Positions 10,096 through 19,379 of a stretch of DNA of 64,000 nucleotides are shown here, one piece after another. Under the pieces are notes generated by a model, which did not search any database, was not told the DNA's origin, and worked only from the letters and a program-made list of their open reading frames with translations. Source of the DNA: an uncultured Chloroflexia bacterium. Its GTDB lineage: Bacteria; Chloroflexota; Limnocylindria; Limnocylindrales; CSP1-4. The DNA is taken from contig CAVPPB010000003.1 of the NCBI GenBank assembly GCA_963707215.1, positions 416,001 to 480,000 of the forward strand, in the 5' to 3' direction. Numbering within the stretch: the stretch's first letter is position 1; each line of letters opens with the position of its first letter. The position numbers were made by a program, and so were the translations under genes.

Positions 10096-10803
10096 GTGAG
10101 CGACGATCAGCCTCCTCGCCTGCCGCCCGTCAGCCCTGAAGCCGTCGACGCGGGCCCCGGCGGGTCTCTGTCGCCGGAGTTCCTTGCATCGCTGCTGGTC
10201 GAGGGCGACGACGAGCTCGTCGCCTGGGCGCTCCGTCATGCGCTCGACGAGCGATCGAGGGCCGAGGTCTTCGACGACCTCCTCGTCGGCGCGATGACCA
10301 TCATCGGCCAGCGCTGGGCCGACGGACAGTGGAGCGTCGCCGAGGAGCACCTCGCCAGCCAGACGATCGTCCGGGCCCTCGACCGCATCCGACCGGAGCA
10401 GGGTCCCGAGGCCCGGATCGGCCCCGTCGCGGTCCTCGCCGGGGTCGCCGGCGAGCGCCACATGATCGGCCTGATCTGCCTCGACCAGGTTCTCCGCGAT
10501 GACGGCTGGGCGGTCGCCAACCTCGGGGCCGACGTGCCGGCCGAGGACCTGGCCCGCTACGTGACCCGCAACGAAGCCACCCTCGTCGCCATCTCGGCCT
10601 CGGATCCCGACCGCCTGGAGACGCTCATCGACACGATCGCGGCCGTCCGCGCCGTCCGGCCCGACCTGTCGATCCTGCTGGGGGGGCGCATCGCGTCCAG
10701 GCCAGGCCTCGCCGAGACGCTCGGCGTCGACTGGGCGGGCACCTCGCTCGCCGATGCCGCCGTGGCGGCCGCTGGGGTCGTCGCGACCAGCGCCGAGGGC
10801 TGA
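10096..10803 (+). CDS. Stand-alone cobalamin-binding protein (CarH/AerR-type cap plus Rossmann domain)
   Basis: IGQRWADGQWSVAEEHLAS (Wx9EH), GERHMIGL (ExHxxG), NLGADVP, LLGGR. No DNA-binding domain. Confidence 0.85.
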   Translation: MSDDQPPRLPPVSPEAVDAGPGGSLSPEFLASLLVEGDDELVAWALRHALDERSRAEVFDDLLVGAMTIIGQRWADGQWSVAEEHLASQTIVRALDRIRPEQGPEARIGPVAVLAGVAGERHMIGLICLDQVLRDDGWAVANLGADVPAEDLARYVTRNEATLVAISASDPDRLETLIDTIAAVRAVRPDLSILLGGRIASRPGLAETLGVDWAGTSLADAAVAAAGVVATSAEG

Positions 10804-10813
10804 CCCGGGCGGG

Positions 10814-12622
10814 TCAGACGGCGACCGGCTCCCGGTACTCACCGAAGACGTCCCTCAGGACCCGGCACTGCTCACCGAGCGTGGCGTACGCCCGCGCGCA
10901 GGCGATGAAGTGGGGCATGAGGTTCGATTCGGGCGTCCCCGGACGCGCGGCGGCATCCCGGAGGCCGGCGAGCGCCGTCGCCACGGCCTGGGCATCGCGC
11001 TCGCGCCGGACCCGGTCGAGTCGTTCGAGGTGCCGGCGGAGTGACGCTCCGGGGACCTCGAGGACCGGGATCGAGAGGTCCTCGTCGGGATCCACGTGGC
11101 GGTTGACGCCGACGATCGCCCGCTCGCCGGCATCGAAGGCACGCTGGAACGCGTAGGCGGCATCGGCGATCTCCCGCTGCGGGTACCCTGCCTCCACCGC
11201 CGCAACCATCCCGCCGCGTCGGTCGATCTCGTCGAGGTACTTCCAGACCGCCCGCTCCGTCGCGTTCGTGAGGGCCTCCACGTACCAGCTGCCGCCGAGC
11301 GGATCCACCGTGTCGGCAACGCCGGTCTCCTCCGCCAGGACCTGCTGCTGGCGGAGGGCAAGCTGGGCCGCTTCCGCCGTCGGCACGGCCAGGGCTTCGT
11401 CGTAGGCGTCGGTGTGCAGGGACTGGGTGCCGCCGAGGATCGCGGCCAGGGCCTGTGTGGCCACCCGCGTCAGGTTGTTGAGCGGCTGCTGCGGAGTGAG
11501 CGAGACACCGGCCGTCTGGGTGTGGAAGCGCATCCAGGTCGACCGCTCGTTCTCGGCCCGGTAGCGCTCCGTCATGAGCTTCCACCAGATCCGCCGGGCT
11601 GCCCGGAACTTGGCGATCTCCTCGAAGAAGTCGGAGTGCGAGTTGAAGAAGAACGAAAGGCGGGGTGCGAACTCGTCCACCCGCAGACCCCGCTCCATCG
11701 AGGCTTCGACGTAGGCCATCCCGTCGGCGATGGTGAAGGCGAGCTCCTGGACGGCCGTCGAGCCGGCCTCGCGGATGTGGTAGCCGCTGATGGAGATCGT
11801 GTTCCAGCGTGGCAGCTCGCGGGTCCCGAACTCGATCGTGTCAACGACCAGGCGCATCGACGGCGCCGGCGGGAAAAGGAACTCCTTCTGGGCGATGAAC
11901 TCCTTGAGGATGTCGTTCTGGGTGGTGCCTTCGAGGGCCGCGCGGGGCACACCGGCCTTCTCGGCGGCGACGATATACATCGCCCAGATCGGGGCGGCCG
12001 GCGAGTTGATGGTCATCGACGTGCTGATCTGGTCGAGCGGGAGGCCGGCCAGGAGCACCTCCATGTCGGCCAGGGAGCTGACCGCGACGCCGCAGGTGCC
12101 GAACTCCCCCTCGGCCTCCGGATCGTCGGTGTCGTAGCCGTAGAGGGTCGGCATGTCGTAGGCGATCGAAAGACCGGTCTGGCCGGCCTCCAGGAGCTTC
12201 CGGAACCGCTGGTTGGTGTCCTCCGCCGAGCCGAAGCCGGCGAACATCCGCATCGTCCAGAGGCGGCTCCGATAGCCGGTCGGATGGATGCCCCGGGTGA
12301 ACGGTGGCTCGCCGGGGAACCCGACGTCGCGGACCGGGTCGAAGTCGTCCCAGCGGCCGGCCTGAAGCAGGTCGCCATGGTGGTCGACCTCGGTCGGACC
12401 ACCGGGGCCTACCGGCCCCCCGGGATCGGCCTCGCCGGCGGCATCGAGGTCCCAGGGTCCGTAGAGCGGCAGGACTTCGACGTCGGAGAGCGTCGCGAAG
12501 CGATCGCGCCGCTCCGGCGCGCGTGACCTGGCCGGGCCCAGGCGTTCGATCCGCCAGCGCTGCCGCCGCTCGGCCCAATCGGGCGGTCGGTCGCGGCCGG
12601 CTCGACGATCGTCCGCGGTCAT
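10814..12622 (-). CDS. icmA: Acyl-CoA mutase large (substrate-binding) subunit, isobutyryl-CoA mutase signature
   Basis: [73 protein letters not shown]. No B12 domain. Confidence 0.85.
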   Translation of the reverse strand: MTADDRRAGRDRPPDWAERRQRWRIERLGPARSRAPERRDRFATLSDVEVLPLYGPWDLDAAGEADPGGPVGPGGPTEVDHHGDLLQAGRWDDFDPVRDVGFPGEPPFTRGIHPTGYRSRLWTMRMFAGFGSAEDTNQRFRKLLEAGQTGLSIAYDMPTLYGYDTDDPEAEGEFGTCGVAVSSLADMEVLLAGLPLDQISTSMTINSPAAPIWAMYIVAAEKAGVPRAALEGTTQNDILKEFIAQKEFLFPPAPSMRLVVDTIEFGTRELPRWNTISISGYHIREAGSTAVQELAFTIADGMAYVEASMERGLRVDEFAPRLSFFFNSHSDFFEEIAKFRAARRIWWKLMTERYRAENERSTWMRFHTQTAGVSLTPQQPLNNLTRVATQALAAILGGTQSLHTDAYDEALAVPTAEAAQLALRQQQVLAEETGVADTVDPLGGSWYVEALTNATERAVWKYLDEIDRRGGMVAAVEAGYPQREIADAAYAFQRAFDAGERAIVGVNRHVDPDEDLSIPVLEVPGASLRRHLERLDRVRRERDAQAVATALAGLRDAAARPGTPESNLMPHFIACARAYATLGEQCRVLRDVFGEYREPVAV

Positions 12623-12703
12623 GGCGGCGAAGATAGCACGGCCATGGCGCCCAGCCAGGATCGCTGGGGTCGTCGGTCGACGCGCTCGATCGCTCCGCCT
12701 GCG

Positions 12704-13336
12704 TCAGCCCTCGAAGGCGGCGATGGCCCGCTCCACGAGGGCATCGTGGGCGGCCGGATCCTCGACGTCACGCGCTGCGCTGCTGACGAGCGCGGCCCGG
12801 ACGACCGTCCCATCGGCCGAGGGCCAGGTGACGACCGTCTGGAGGTAGCCGTCGTTGGTGAGGTCGAGCCGATAGCCCGGGCGCCCGGCCACGGCCGACG
12901 GCCCACCGACGACGTTCTCGGTCTTGCGGGCCTCATCTGCTCCCTGGTGATAGAACCGGCCCATGTCCTCGGCCGTGAGCCCGTCGCCGCTGAACACGGC
13001 CAGGGTGGTGCCGCTCTCGGAGCCGAGCTCCCAGAGACCGCCGGCGAAGCGGACCTCATCGATCCCCGAGTCGACGAGCGGGCCCAGCCCGTCGGGCGTG
13101 CAGTTGCGACCGCTGTCGAGGCGATCCGGGGGCTTGCCCTCGAACTCCGCCGGGACCAGCGCCTCGAGCTCCGGATACGCGCCGGCGGCCTGGCCATCGG
13201 CCAGGCACGGACCGGTCGGATCGAAAGCGGGACCGCCGAGCGAGCAGCCCGTCGCCGCGACGAGAACGACGAGAACGACGGCGAGCAGGGACGCGAGCGA
13301 TCGGCGGCCGGCGCGACCGCCCTGGGAACGGGACAT
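12704..13336 (-). CDS. Hypothetical lipoprotein
   Basis: Signal peptide with lipobox AATGC; two further Cys; TAGGCT 6 nt upstream of ATG. Confidence 0.7.
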   Translation of the reverse strand: MSRSQGGRAGRRSLASLLAVVLVVLVAATGCSLGGPAFDPTGPCLADGQAAGAYPELEALVPAEFEGKPPDRLDSGRNCTPDGLGPLVDSGIDEVRFAGGLWELGSESGTTLAVFSGDGLTAEDMGRFYHQGADEARKTENVVGGPSAVAGRPGYRLDLTNDGYLQTVVTWPSADGTVVRAALVSSAARDVEDPAAHDALVERAIAAFEG

Positions 13337-13410
13337 GGTCCTAGCCTACCGCGACCCGACCGGGGATGCCGCCGGCCGGCGCTGGACGTGGCATCGCCCG
13401 AGGCGGTGAC

Positions 13411-13535
13411 GTGCGGCACCGAACGGAGGTCCTGCTGGTGCCCGGGCGCCACCGGCCGGGCGTCATCCGGCCGCCATGACGAGCGACCCATTCCCGGGGA
13501 CGCCGTTCCGGCGTAGGTTCCGTGGTGCGCCGCAC
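13411..13535. ncRNA. Candidate structured RNA in a 450-bp intergenic gap (unknown family)
   Basis: Nested complementary segments GTGCGGC/GCCGCAC, ACGGA/TCCGT, CCCGGG/CCCGGG, CGGCCGG/CCGGCCG and ACGCCG/CGGCGT. Confidence 0.3.
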
Positions 13536-13791
13536 CCGGATCCGAGCGACCTGGGGCGTCGGCCACGGACGGCGGTCCGGACGACCCGCCGACGGGACGC
13601 GGACCGTCGGCCGGGAGGATCCCGGGGCCCGTCACGAGCCGAGTGACCATGAGCATCGGCCGGCAGGGCCGGGTCGGGGCGGCGGGACTGATCCTTCATC
13701 CGTGCTCGTGATGACCGGCGGCGACATCGTCGCCGGTCGTCGCCATGATCGCCGGTCGTGCCGCAGGGCGCTGGTCAGCGATCGAGGTCAC

Positions 13792-14490
13792 TCAGCGAGC
13801 GGCGGCGGCCCCGTCCCGCGGCAGGCGTCTTCCGGCCCCCCGCCGCTCCAGATCGTCGCGGACGACGCGGGCCGCGGCAGTGAGGTCACGGTCCCGGGTG
13901 ATCGTGGCGACGATCCAGCCGACGTACGACGGCTCGAACTCGGCGATCTCACCGAGCGTGTGCCCGCGGAACTTGCCGAACTCCACGACGTGGTCCCTGG
14001 CGGTCGCCAGGTCCGGCTCGGGTGGTCGCCGGAACCGACGGACCCTGCCGTAATGGATCGGGCCGTTCGGGTCGGAGGCCCGCGGCGCCTCGCACTCCGG
14101 CTGCGGCTTCGGTCGGGGCGGGAAGCCGGGCGGGACGACCGGCCGACCGACGCGCTCGTTGCGGGGCCGGAGCGTCGCCGACGTGTCCACCCGGGCGGTC
14201 ACCGGGGGGCTCGGTGGGGGCGGCGGCGGGCCGGATGGTCGGCGTGTCGACCGGTCGCCATAGCCGGGCGAAGCGGTCGGGCGAACGCCGGGCCGGGTGC
14301 CCGAGCGCAGCGACTCGTAGGCGGCGTTGATCTCGGCCATCCGTCGGGTGGCCCGACGCGACGCCGCCGGATCCCCGCCGGTGAGGTCCGGATGGTGCTG
14401 CCGGGCGAGGCGGCGCCAGGCCGCCTTGATCTGGGCGGATGTGGCACCCGGGCGGAGGCCCAGGACCTGGTGGGGATCGCGCTGGCCCAT
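13792..14490 (-). CDS. J-domain protein with C-terminal FGK..G..L.EI...PSY..W domain
   Basis: DPHQVLGL..IKAAWRRLARQHHPD..MAEINAAY; start at ATG 14490 preceded by TACACT. Confidence 0.85.
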   Translation of the reverse strand: MGQRDPHQVLGLRPGATSAQIKAAWRRLARQHHPDLTGGDPAASRRATRRMAEINAAYESLRSGTRPGVRPTASPGYGDRSTRRPSGPPPPPPSPPVTARVDTSATLRPRNERVGRPVVPPGFPPRPKPQPECEAPRASDPNGPIHYGRVRRFRRPPEPDLATARDHVVEFGKFRGHTLGEIAEFEPSYVGWIVATITRDRDLTAAARVVRDDLERRGAGRRLPRDGAAAAR

Positions 14491-14618
14491 GCCCCGAGTG
14501 TAACGATGGCGCCGGGGGCCCGGTCCAGGCCAGCGGACGCCGTCGGCTACGATGGCGCGACGCGGTCGACCGAGGCCGATCGGGCAGGGTCGACATGGGC
14601 TATCGCAGGTGCGCCGAC

Positions 14619-15005
14619 ATGCAGGTCGAGGAACTCCACGAGGTCCGGCGCGATCACGACGGCGAGCTCGCGGGGTACGTCGCGACGGACGCCGGGGAGT
14701 GGCTGGCCCTGACCGTCTTCCACGGGCTCCTGGGCAGGACGCAGACGTTCGAGGGCGCCTGCGAGCTGGTGCGCCGACGTGGGCTCGACGCGCTCGCCGA
14801 GCACTGGTACTGGTTCTCGCGGCGAACGGGCAGGTGGCGAGTCGTGCTGCCCCAGGAATCGGCACCGGGACGGGTCCGCGTGGCCCTCGGCTACTACTCG
14901 CTGCCGGGTGTCGCGGTGACCGCCATCACGTCGGCCGACCTGGCAGCCGGCGATCGACTCAGCCTCGAGCCCCCGGAGGGCATCGATCCCGACCCACTCG
15001 AGTGA
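14619..15005 (+). CDS. Hypothetical protein (start 14595 or 14619)
   Basis: Normal globular composition (EVRRDHDGELAGYV..W.ALTVFHGLLG) and G/C-ending codons. Confidence 0.6.
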   Translation: MQVEELHEVRRDHDGELAGYVATDAGEWLALTVFHGLLGRTQTFEGACELVRRRGLDALAEHWYWFSRRTGRWRVVLPQESAPGRVRVALGYYSLPGVAVTAITSADLAAGDRLSLEPPEGIDPDPLE

Positions 15006-15064
15006 CGCCGCTCCCGCCGCGAGCCGCGCTTGACAGGTGACGCGCGCTGCCGTCCGATAGGCCC

Positions 15065-16219
15065 ATGCCATCGTTCCGCCGTGCCGGCCTCACCGCGGCC
15101 GTCCTCGCCGTCCCGGCGGCGCTGGCGTATCGCTTCGCCGTCGTCTATCGGGCCCGCGCCGGGTTCCCTCGGCGACACCTGCCGGTCGTGACCCCGGCGG
15201 CCCTGGGGCTGCCCTTCGAGTCGCTCGAGGTCCCGGGCCCCGGTGGGCCCCTGCCCGCCTGGTTCATCCCGGCGACCGACGGGACGCCTGCCCCAGGCAT
15301 CCTGCTGCTCCACGGCTGGGAATCGGCCCGCGACCGGACGCTGCCGAACGCATCGGTCCTTCACAGCGCCGGCTTCCACGTCCTGACGGTCGATGTCCGT
15401 GGCCACGGCGAGAACCCGCCGGAGGCCCTGCCGATCTCCGGTGGCGAGTTCGCCGCCGATGCCCGAGCGGCCGTCGAGGTGCTGGCGCGACGACCAGAGG
15501 TGACCCGCATCGGGGCCGTCGGGCACTCCATGGGCGGCATCGGGGTCATCCTGGCGGCCGCCGACGATCCGAGGATCGAGGCGGTCGTCGTCGTGGCCGC
15601 CCCGGCCGACCCGGTCCGACTCACCCGTCAGACGTTCCGGCTGGCCCGGCTGCCGCTTCCCGACCCCATCGCCTACCCGCTGGCCTGGCTGACCGCCCGG
15701 GTCTACGTCCGCCCTCGTCGCCACGGCGTGGATCGCATCTCCGCGGCCCGGGCCATCGCCCGCTACCGGGGTCCCCTCCTGCTGGTCCATGGCACCGACG
15801 ACTGGATCGTGCCGCTCTCGCACCACCACCGGCTCGCTCGCGCGGCTCGCACCGGCCGACGGACGGACGACGATGCGCCTCCGGTCCGGACCCTGGTGAT
15901 CCCCGGCGGCGAACACTCCTGGCAGTACGAGAGCGAGGTCTACCGGAAGACCATCGCCTGGTTCCTCGCAGACGCGCTCGACGGACCGCTGTCGCCCGGC
16001 GAGGCGGCCGAACGGGCGGGAGCCGTGCCGGCCGAACGGATCCCCGACCACGAGCGGCCGTTTGCCGGGCTCGACCACCCGAGCCCGAGACGCCGGGCAC
16101 TGATCGAGATCCTCGGGGCACCGGTCCGGCTCCCGGGCACCGAACCCGTGCCGGCCCCAGCGCCCGACCACTGGCTGGCGCCGGGCGAACCCCCGCGAGG
16201 AGGACCATGGACACCCTGA
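15065..16219 (+). CDS. Alpha/beta hydrolase with N-terminal membrane anchor
   Basis: LLLHGW, DVRGHGE, GHSMGG, LLVHGTDD, GGEHS. TTGACA upstream at about 15030. Confidence 0.88.
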   Translation: MPSFRRAGLTAAVLAVPAALAYRFAVVYRARAGFPRRHLPVVTPAALGLPFESLEVPGPGGPLPAWFIPATDGTPAPGILLLHGWESARDRTLPNASVLHSAGFHVLTVDVRGHGENPPEALPISGGEFAADARAAVEVLARRPEVTRIGAVGHSMGGIGVILAAADDPRIEAVVVVAAPADPVRLTRQTFRLARLPLPDPIAYPLAWLTARVYVRPRRHGVDRISAARAIARYRGPLLLVHGTDDWIVPLSHHHRLARAARTGRRTDDDAPPVRTLVIPGGEHSWQYESEVYRKTIAWFLADALDGPLSPGEAAERAGAVPAERIPDHERPFAGLDHPSPRRRALIEILGAPVRLPGTEPVPAPAPDHWLAPGEPPRGGPWTP

Positions 16220-16728
16220 ACGCCATCGCGACGAAGCGCGTCGTGCGCGCCTATGCCGATCGACCGATCGAGCCCGATCACCTGCGGACCATCCTGGATG
16301 CCGGTCGACGGGCGGGCTCGTCGAAGAACCAGCAGCGCTGGGACTTCGTGGTGGTCCGGGATCGCGATCGCCTGGCCCGCCTCTCACGGGTGGGCCCGTA
16401 CGCCGGGCATCTCGCCGGCGCTGCGGCTGCTGTCGGCCTGGTGACCCCTGACCCGAACGGGCCGGGACACCCGCTCTCGGTCGTCTGGGATGTCGGCGGC
16501 GCGGCAGCGCAGATGATGCTGGCAGCCTGGGATCTCGGGGTCGGAAGCTGTCCGGTAACCGTCTACGAGCAGGCCCTCGCTCGATCGATCCTCGGTTACC
16601 CGGACGACCGCTGGTGCGAGTACGTCATCGCCCTCGGCTACCCGGCGGACCCTGCGACGCTGAGCGCTCCGAACCGACCTGGCGGTCGGCGCCCTCTCGA
16701 CGAGATCCTCCACCAGGAGACCTGGTAG
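16207..16728 (+). CDS. Nitroreductase family protein
   Basis: IATKRVVRAY, AGSSKNQQRWDFVVV, MMLAAWDLGVGSC, IALGYP. Confidence 0.92.
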   Translation: MDTLNAIATKRVVRAYADRPIEPDHLRTILDAGRRAGSSKNQQRWDFVVVRDRDRLARLSRVGPYAGHLAGAAAAVGLVTPDPNGPGHPLSVVWDVGGAAAQMMLAAWDLGVGSCPVTVYEQALARSILGYPDDRWCEYVIALGYPADPATLSAPNRPGGRRPLDEILHQETW

Positions 16729-16846
16729 CGGGGCTCCCTGCCGCGGACCCCGCGCGCTCACGGCGCAGGTCGGTCCCGTCCGGTAGCGCTGTCCGGCTCG
16801 TCGTCGTCGAGCGCGCCCTGAGCCGCGCAGGTCATCGCTGCCGTGC

Positions 16847-17287
16847 TCAGAGCCGACGGCGAAGGTATGTCGTGAGCGTGCTGTCGTAGCCCCGGGACTC
16901 GAACAGCGCACGGGCCTCGGGACGATGGTGGCCGGCCGTCACCTCGACGAAGGCGGCTCCGACCTCCGCTCCCAGCCGCTCGGCTTCGGCCATGAGCCGG
17001 TTGCCGATGCCACGGTCACGAGCGCCCGGGTCGACGACCATCGCCAGGATCCTGACGACCCGGTCGTCGTGCTCGAACCGGGGCATGACGTGGAGGGCGA
17101 TGAAGCCGATGACCTCGCCCTCGAGATCGGCCACGACGACCACCGACGGGTCGCCGGTGAACCGTTCCAGCCGGGCCACGATGTCGGTCGAACCGGTCGG
17201 GTAGCCCTCTTCGGTCAGGAGGACCGCGATACGGTCGGCATCGGCGACCGTAGCCGGCCGAAGGACCAAAGATCCGCTGTCGTTCAT
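16847..17287 (-). CDS. GNAT family N-acetyltransferase
   Basis: LRPATVAD, MVVDPGARDRGIGNRLM, ALFESRGY. Confidence 0.88.
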   Translation of the reverse strand: MNDSGSLVLRPATVADADRIAVLLTEEGYPTGSTDIVARLERFTGDPSVVVVADLEGEVIGFIALHVMPRFEHDDRVVRILAMVVDPGARDRGIGNRLMAEAERLGAEVGAAFVEVTAGHHRPEARALFESRGYDSTLTTYLRRRL

Positions 17288-17931
17288 GTCGGGATGGTAG
17301 CGCCATGTCCGCCGGGCGCATCGCCGCCGGGGAGACCGAGCAGGAACGGGCCCCAGCGCCCGGCAGCACGGAGCAGCACGGTCGGCCCTAGGGCGGTCGG
17401 CCGCTCGGTCGGAGCCGCCCCGGAGGCACCTCCATGGTCGGCGGGCCCGGAGGACGCGCGCCCGGCGCCTGCCACCAGGTCGATCCAGGCCGCGAACGGC
17501 GCCTCCCCGCGGCGAGCCAGGACCGCGGCCAGTCGACCCTCGGTCGTCGGCTCCAGCACCACAAGGCGCATGCCCGACGGAGCGTCGACGACGACGCCGC
17601 GGCCACCGACCCACGGGTCGAGGGCCATCACCTCCTCCGGCTGCCCTCCGGCGACGCCGGAGCGCAGCTCGGACACGAGCCGCTCGACGTCGACCGTCGC
17701 GATGCCGATGGCCCGGAGGCCGTTGACGAAGCCGACGGGCGATGCCGCCGGCGGGTCGGTCCCGCCCGCGAGCTCGAGGCGTTCCTCCGGCCCGCGAACG
17801 ATCGCCAGGCAAGCGCCCCGGACCTGGACGGAGGGGGCGTCGGGAGGGACGATCGTGGCGCCGGTAGCCTCAAGGACAGCGACGACCTGTTCCGGGTCCA
17901 TCGTCTCCCAGGTCGCGACGGCGCCGATCAC
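17284..17931 (-). CDS. Hypothetical protein (weak VOC/glyoxalase-like features)
   Basis: GTGA coupling to the upstream GNAT gene; IGIATVDVER and LVVLEPT..GRLA..L.RRGE segments. Confidence 0.5.
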   Translation of the reverse strand: MIGAVATWETMDPEQVVAVLEATGATIVPPDAPSVQVRGACLAIVRGPEERLELAGGTDPPAASPVGFVNGLRAIGIATVDVERLVSELRSGVAGGQPEEVMALDPWVGGRGVVVDAPSGMRLVVLEPTTEGRLAAVLARRGEAPFAAWIDLVAGAGRASSGPADHGGASGAAPTERPTALGPTVLLRAAGRWGPFLLGLPGGDAPGGHGATIPT

Positions 17932-18788
17932 GAGTCGACCAGGAGCCAGTGGCCCACGGGGTCGCCGACGAGCTCGAAGCCGAGCCGCTCGTACAGCGCG
18001 ACGGCCCGGTGGTTGCCCGGCTCGACCCCGAGGTAGGCGGTCCGCGCACCCGAGGCAACGCCATCGGCCGCGGCGACCCGGGTCACGAAGCTGCCGAGCC
18101 CGCGACCGCGCCAGCCGAGCGCCGTCGCGATCGACGACAGGTAGGTCAGTCCGTCGAAGGTCACCCGCTTGGCCACGGCGACCGGCGTCGGTCCGGCGCG
18201 TGCCACGACGAGGTGGACGTCCGGCTCGGGGAGTGACGCCCGAAGGTCCGCGGCGACCCGGGGCCGGACCTCGCGATCGACCTCGAAGCCGGCCACGAGA
18301 AGCTCCGCGATCTCCTCGGAGAGACGGGCGAGCGTGTCGGCGTCCGCGTCATCCCAGCGCTCGAGGAGGACCCCGGCGGGGACATCGTCGTGCCCGGGAC
18401 CGGCGATCGGGCCGGTCGCCGCCATGAGTCGACCACGGCCACGGTCACGGAATCCATGGCCCGCCAGGCGAGCAGCGATATCCGGAGGCTCCGCGTGGGC
18501 TGGCGCCACGACCAAGTGCGGCTGCCGGTCGAGAGCGACGAACAGCGCCATCAGCTCGGCGAGACGCCCTTCGAACGTATCCCGGCCGGCCGGCAGGCGG
18601 AGGGCGGCCACACGGTTCCAGAACGGGTCACGGTCCGCCGGGTCGTGCAGGAGGACGGCGTCACCCAGGTCGCGGACCTCGCGGCCGCCCAGGGCGAGGG
18701 CCGTCGCCTCGTGGACCTCGATCGCGCGCATGAGACCCGGGTCGATGGTCCGCCCCGGACGAACGGGCCATGCGCCGTCGCGTTGCAT
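17928..18788 (-). CDS. GNAT family N-acetyltransferase (two-domain)
   Basis: YLSSIAT..GWRGRGLG, YLGVEPGNHRAVALYERLGF. Confidence 0.85.
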   Translation of the reverse strand: MQRDGAWPVRPGRTIDPGLMRAIEVHEATALALGGREVRDLGDAVLLHDPADRDPFWNRVAALRLPAGRDTFEGRLAELMALFVALDRQPHLVVAPAHAEPPDIAARLAGHGFRDRGRGRLMAATGPIAGPGHDDVPAGVLLERWDDADADTLARLSEEIAELLVAGFEVDREVRPRVAADLRASLPEPDVHLVVARAGPTPVAVAKRVTFDGLTYLSSIATALGWRGRGLGSFVTRVAAADGVASGARTAYLGVEPGNHRAVALYERLGFELVGDPVGHWLLVDS

Positions 18789-18921
18789 CGCGCCACGATA
18801 GCCCGGCGCCCCGGCCACGGCAGAGAACCCCCGCGCCCTCGTCGTCGTATCGTGGGTACGGGTCGGCTGCGCCCGGGCCCGGCTCGCGGCATCGGGGCCC
18901 GCCCGACCAGGAGGAACGTCC

Positions 18922-19350
18922 ATGAGCATGCTCCGCGTCCCAGGCCTACTTCTGGTGGCCGCCCTGGTGGTCGCCGCGTGCGGCTCCGATCCGACGCCCT
19001 CGACGTCGTCCGGACCGGCCGCCTCGGCCGCGGCATCGGAGGGGGCCTCGGCGGCTCCGTCGGCTGCAGCCGGTGCGTGCGAGGTCGTCGAGGCTGTCGA
19101 CGGCACGCCCGTCCGCATCGCCGGGTTCGCCTTCGAGCCGGCCAGCGTCACGGTGAAGGTCGGCGGGGCGGTCACCTGGACCAACGAAGACACGGCAGGT
19201 CACACCGCCACGCTCGACGGCGGCTCCTGCGGGACGGGCACCCTCCAGAAGGGCGAGTCGGGCAGCATCCGCTTCGACGCCCCCGGTGAGTACCCGTATC
19301 TCTGCTCGATCCACCCCCGGATGACCGGCACGGTGGTCGTCGAGCCCTGA
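18922..19350 (+). CDS. Cupredoxin (plastocyanin/amicyanin-like) lipoprotein
   Basis: Lipobox VAAC; AFEP, VTWTNED..GHT, YLCSIHPRMTG type-1 copper ligands; RBS AGGAGG. Confidence 0.92.
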   Translation: MSMLRVPGLLLVAALVVAACGSDPTPSTSSGPAASAAASEGASAAPSAAAGACEVVEAVDGTPVRIAGFAFEPASVTVKVGGAVTWTNEDTAGHTATLDGGSCGTGTLQKGESGSIRFDAPGEYPYLCSIHPRMTGTVVVEP

Positions 19351-19379
19351 GCCCCGGCCTCGTCCCGCCGGACGGCCGT

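Noticed and set aside
13340-13790. Cobalamin riboswitch, tmRNA or RNase P RNA
   Set aside because: No B12 box, no tRNA-like ends and no GAGGAAAGUCC motif found.
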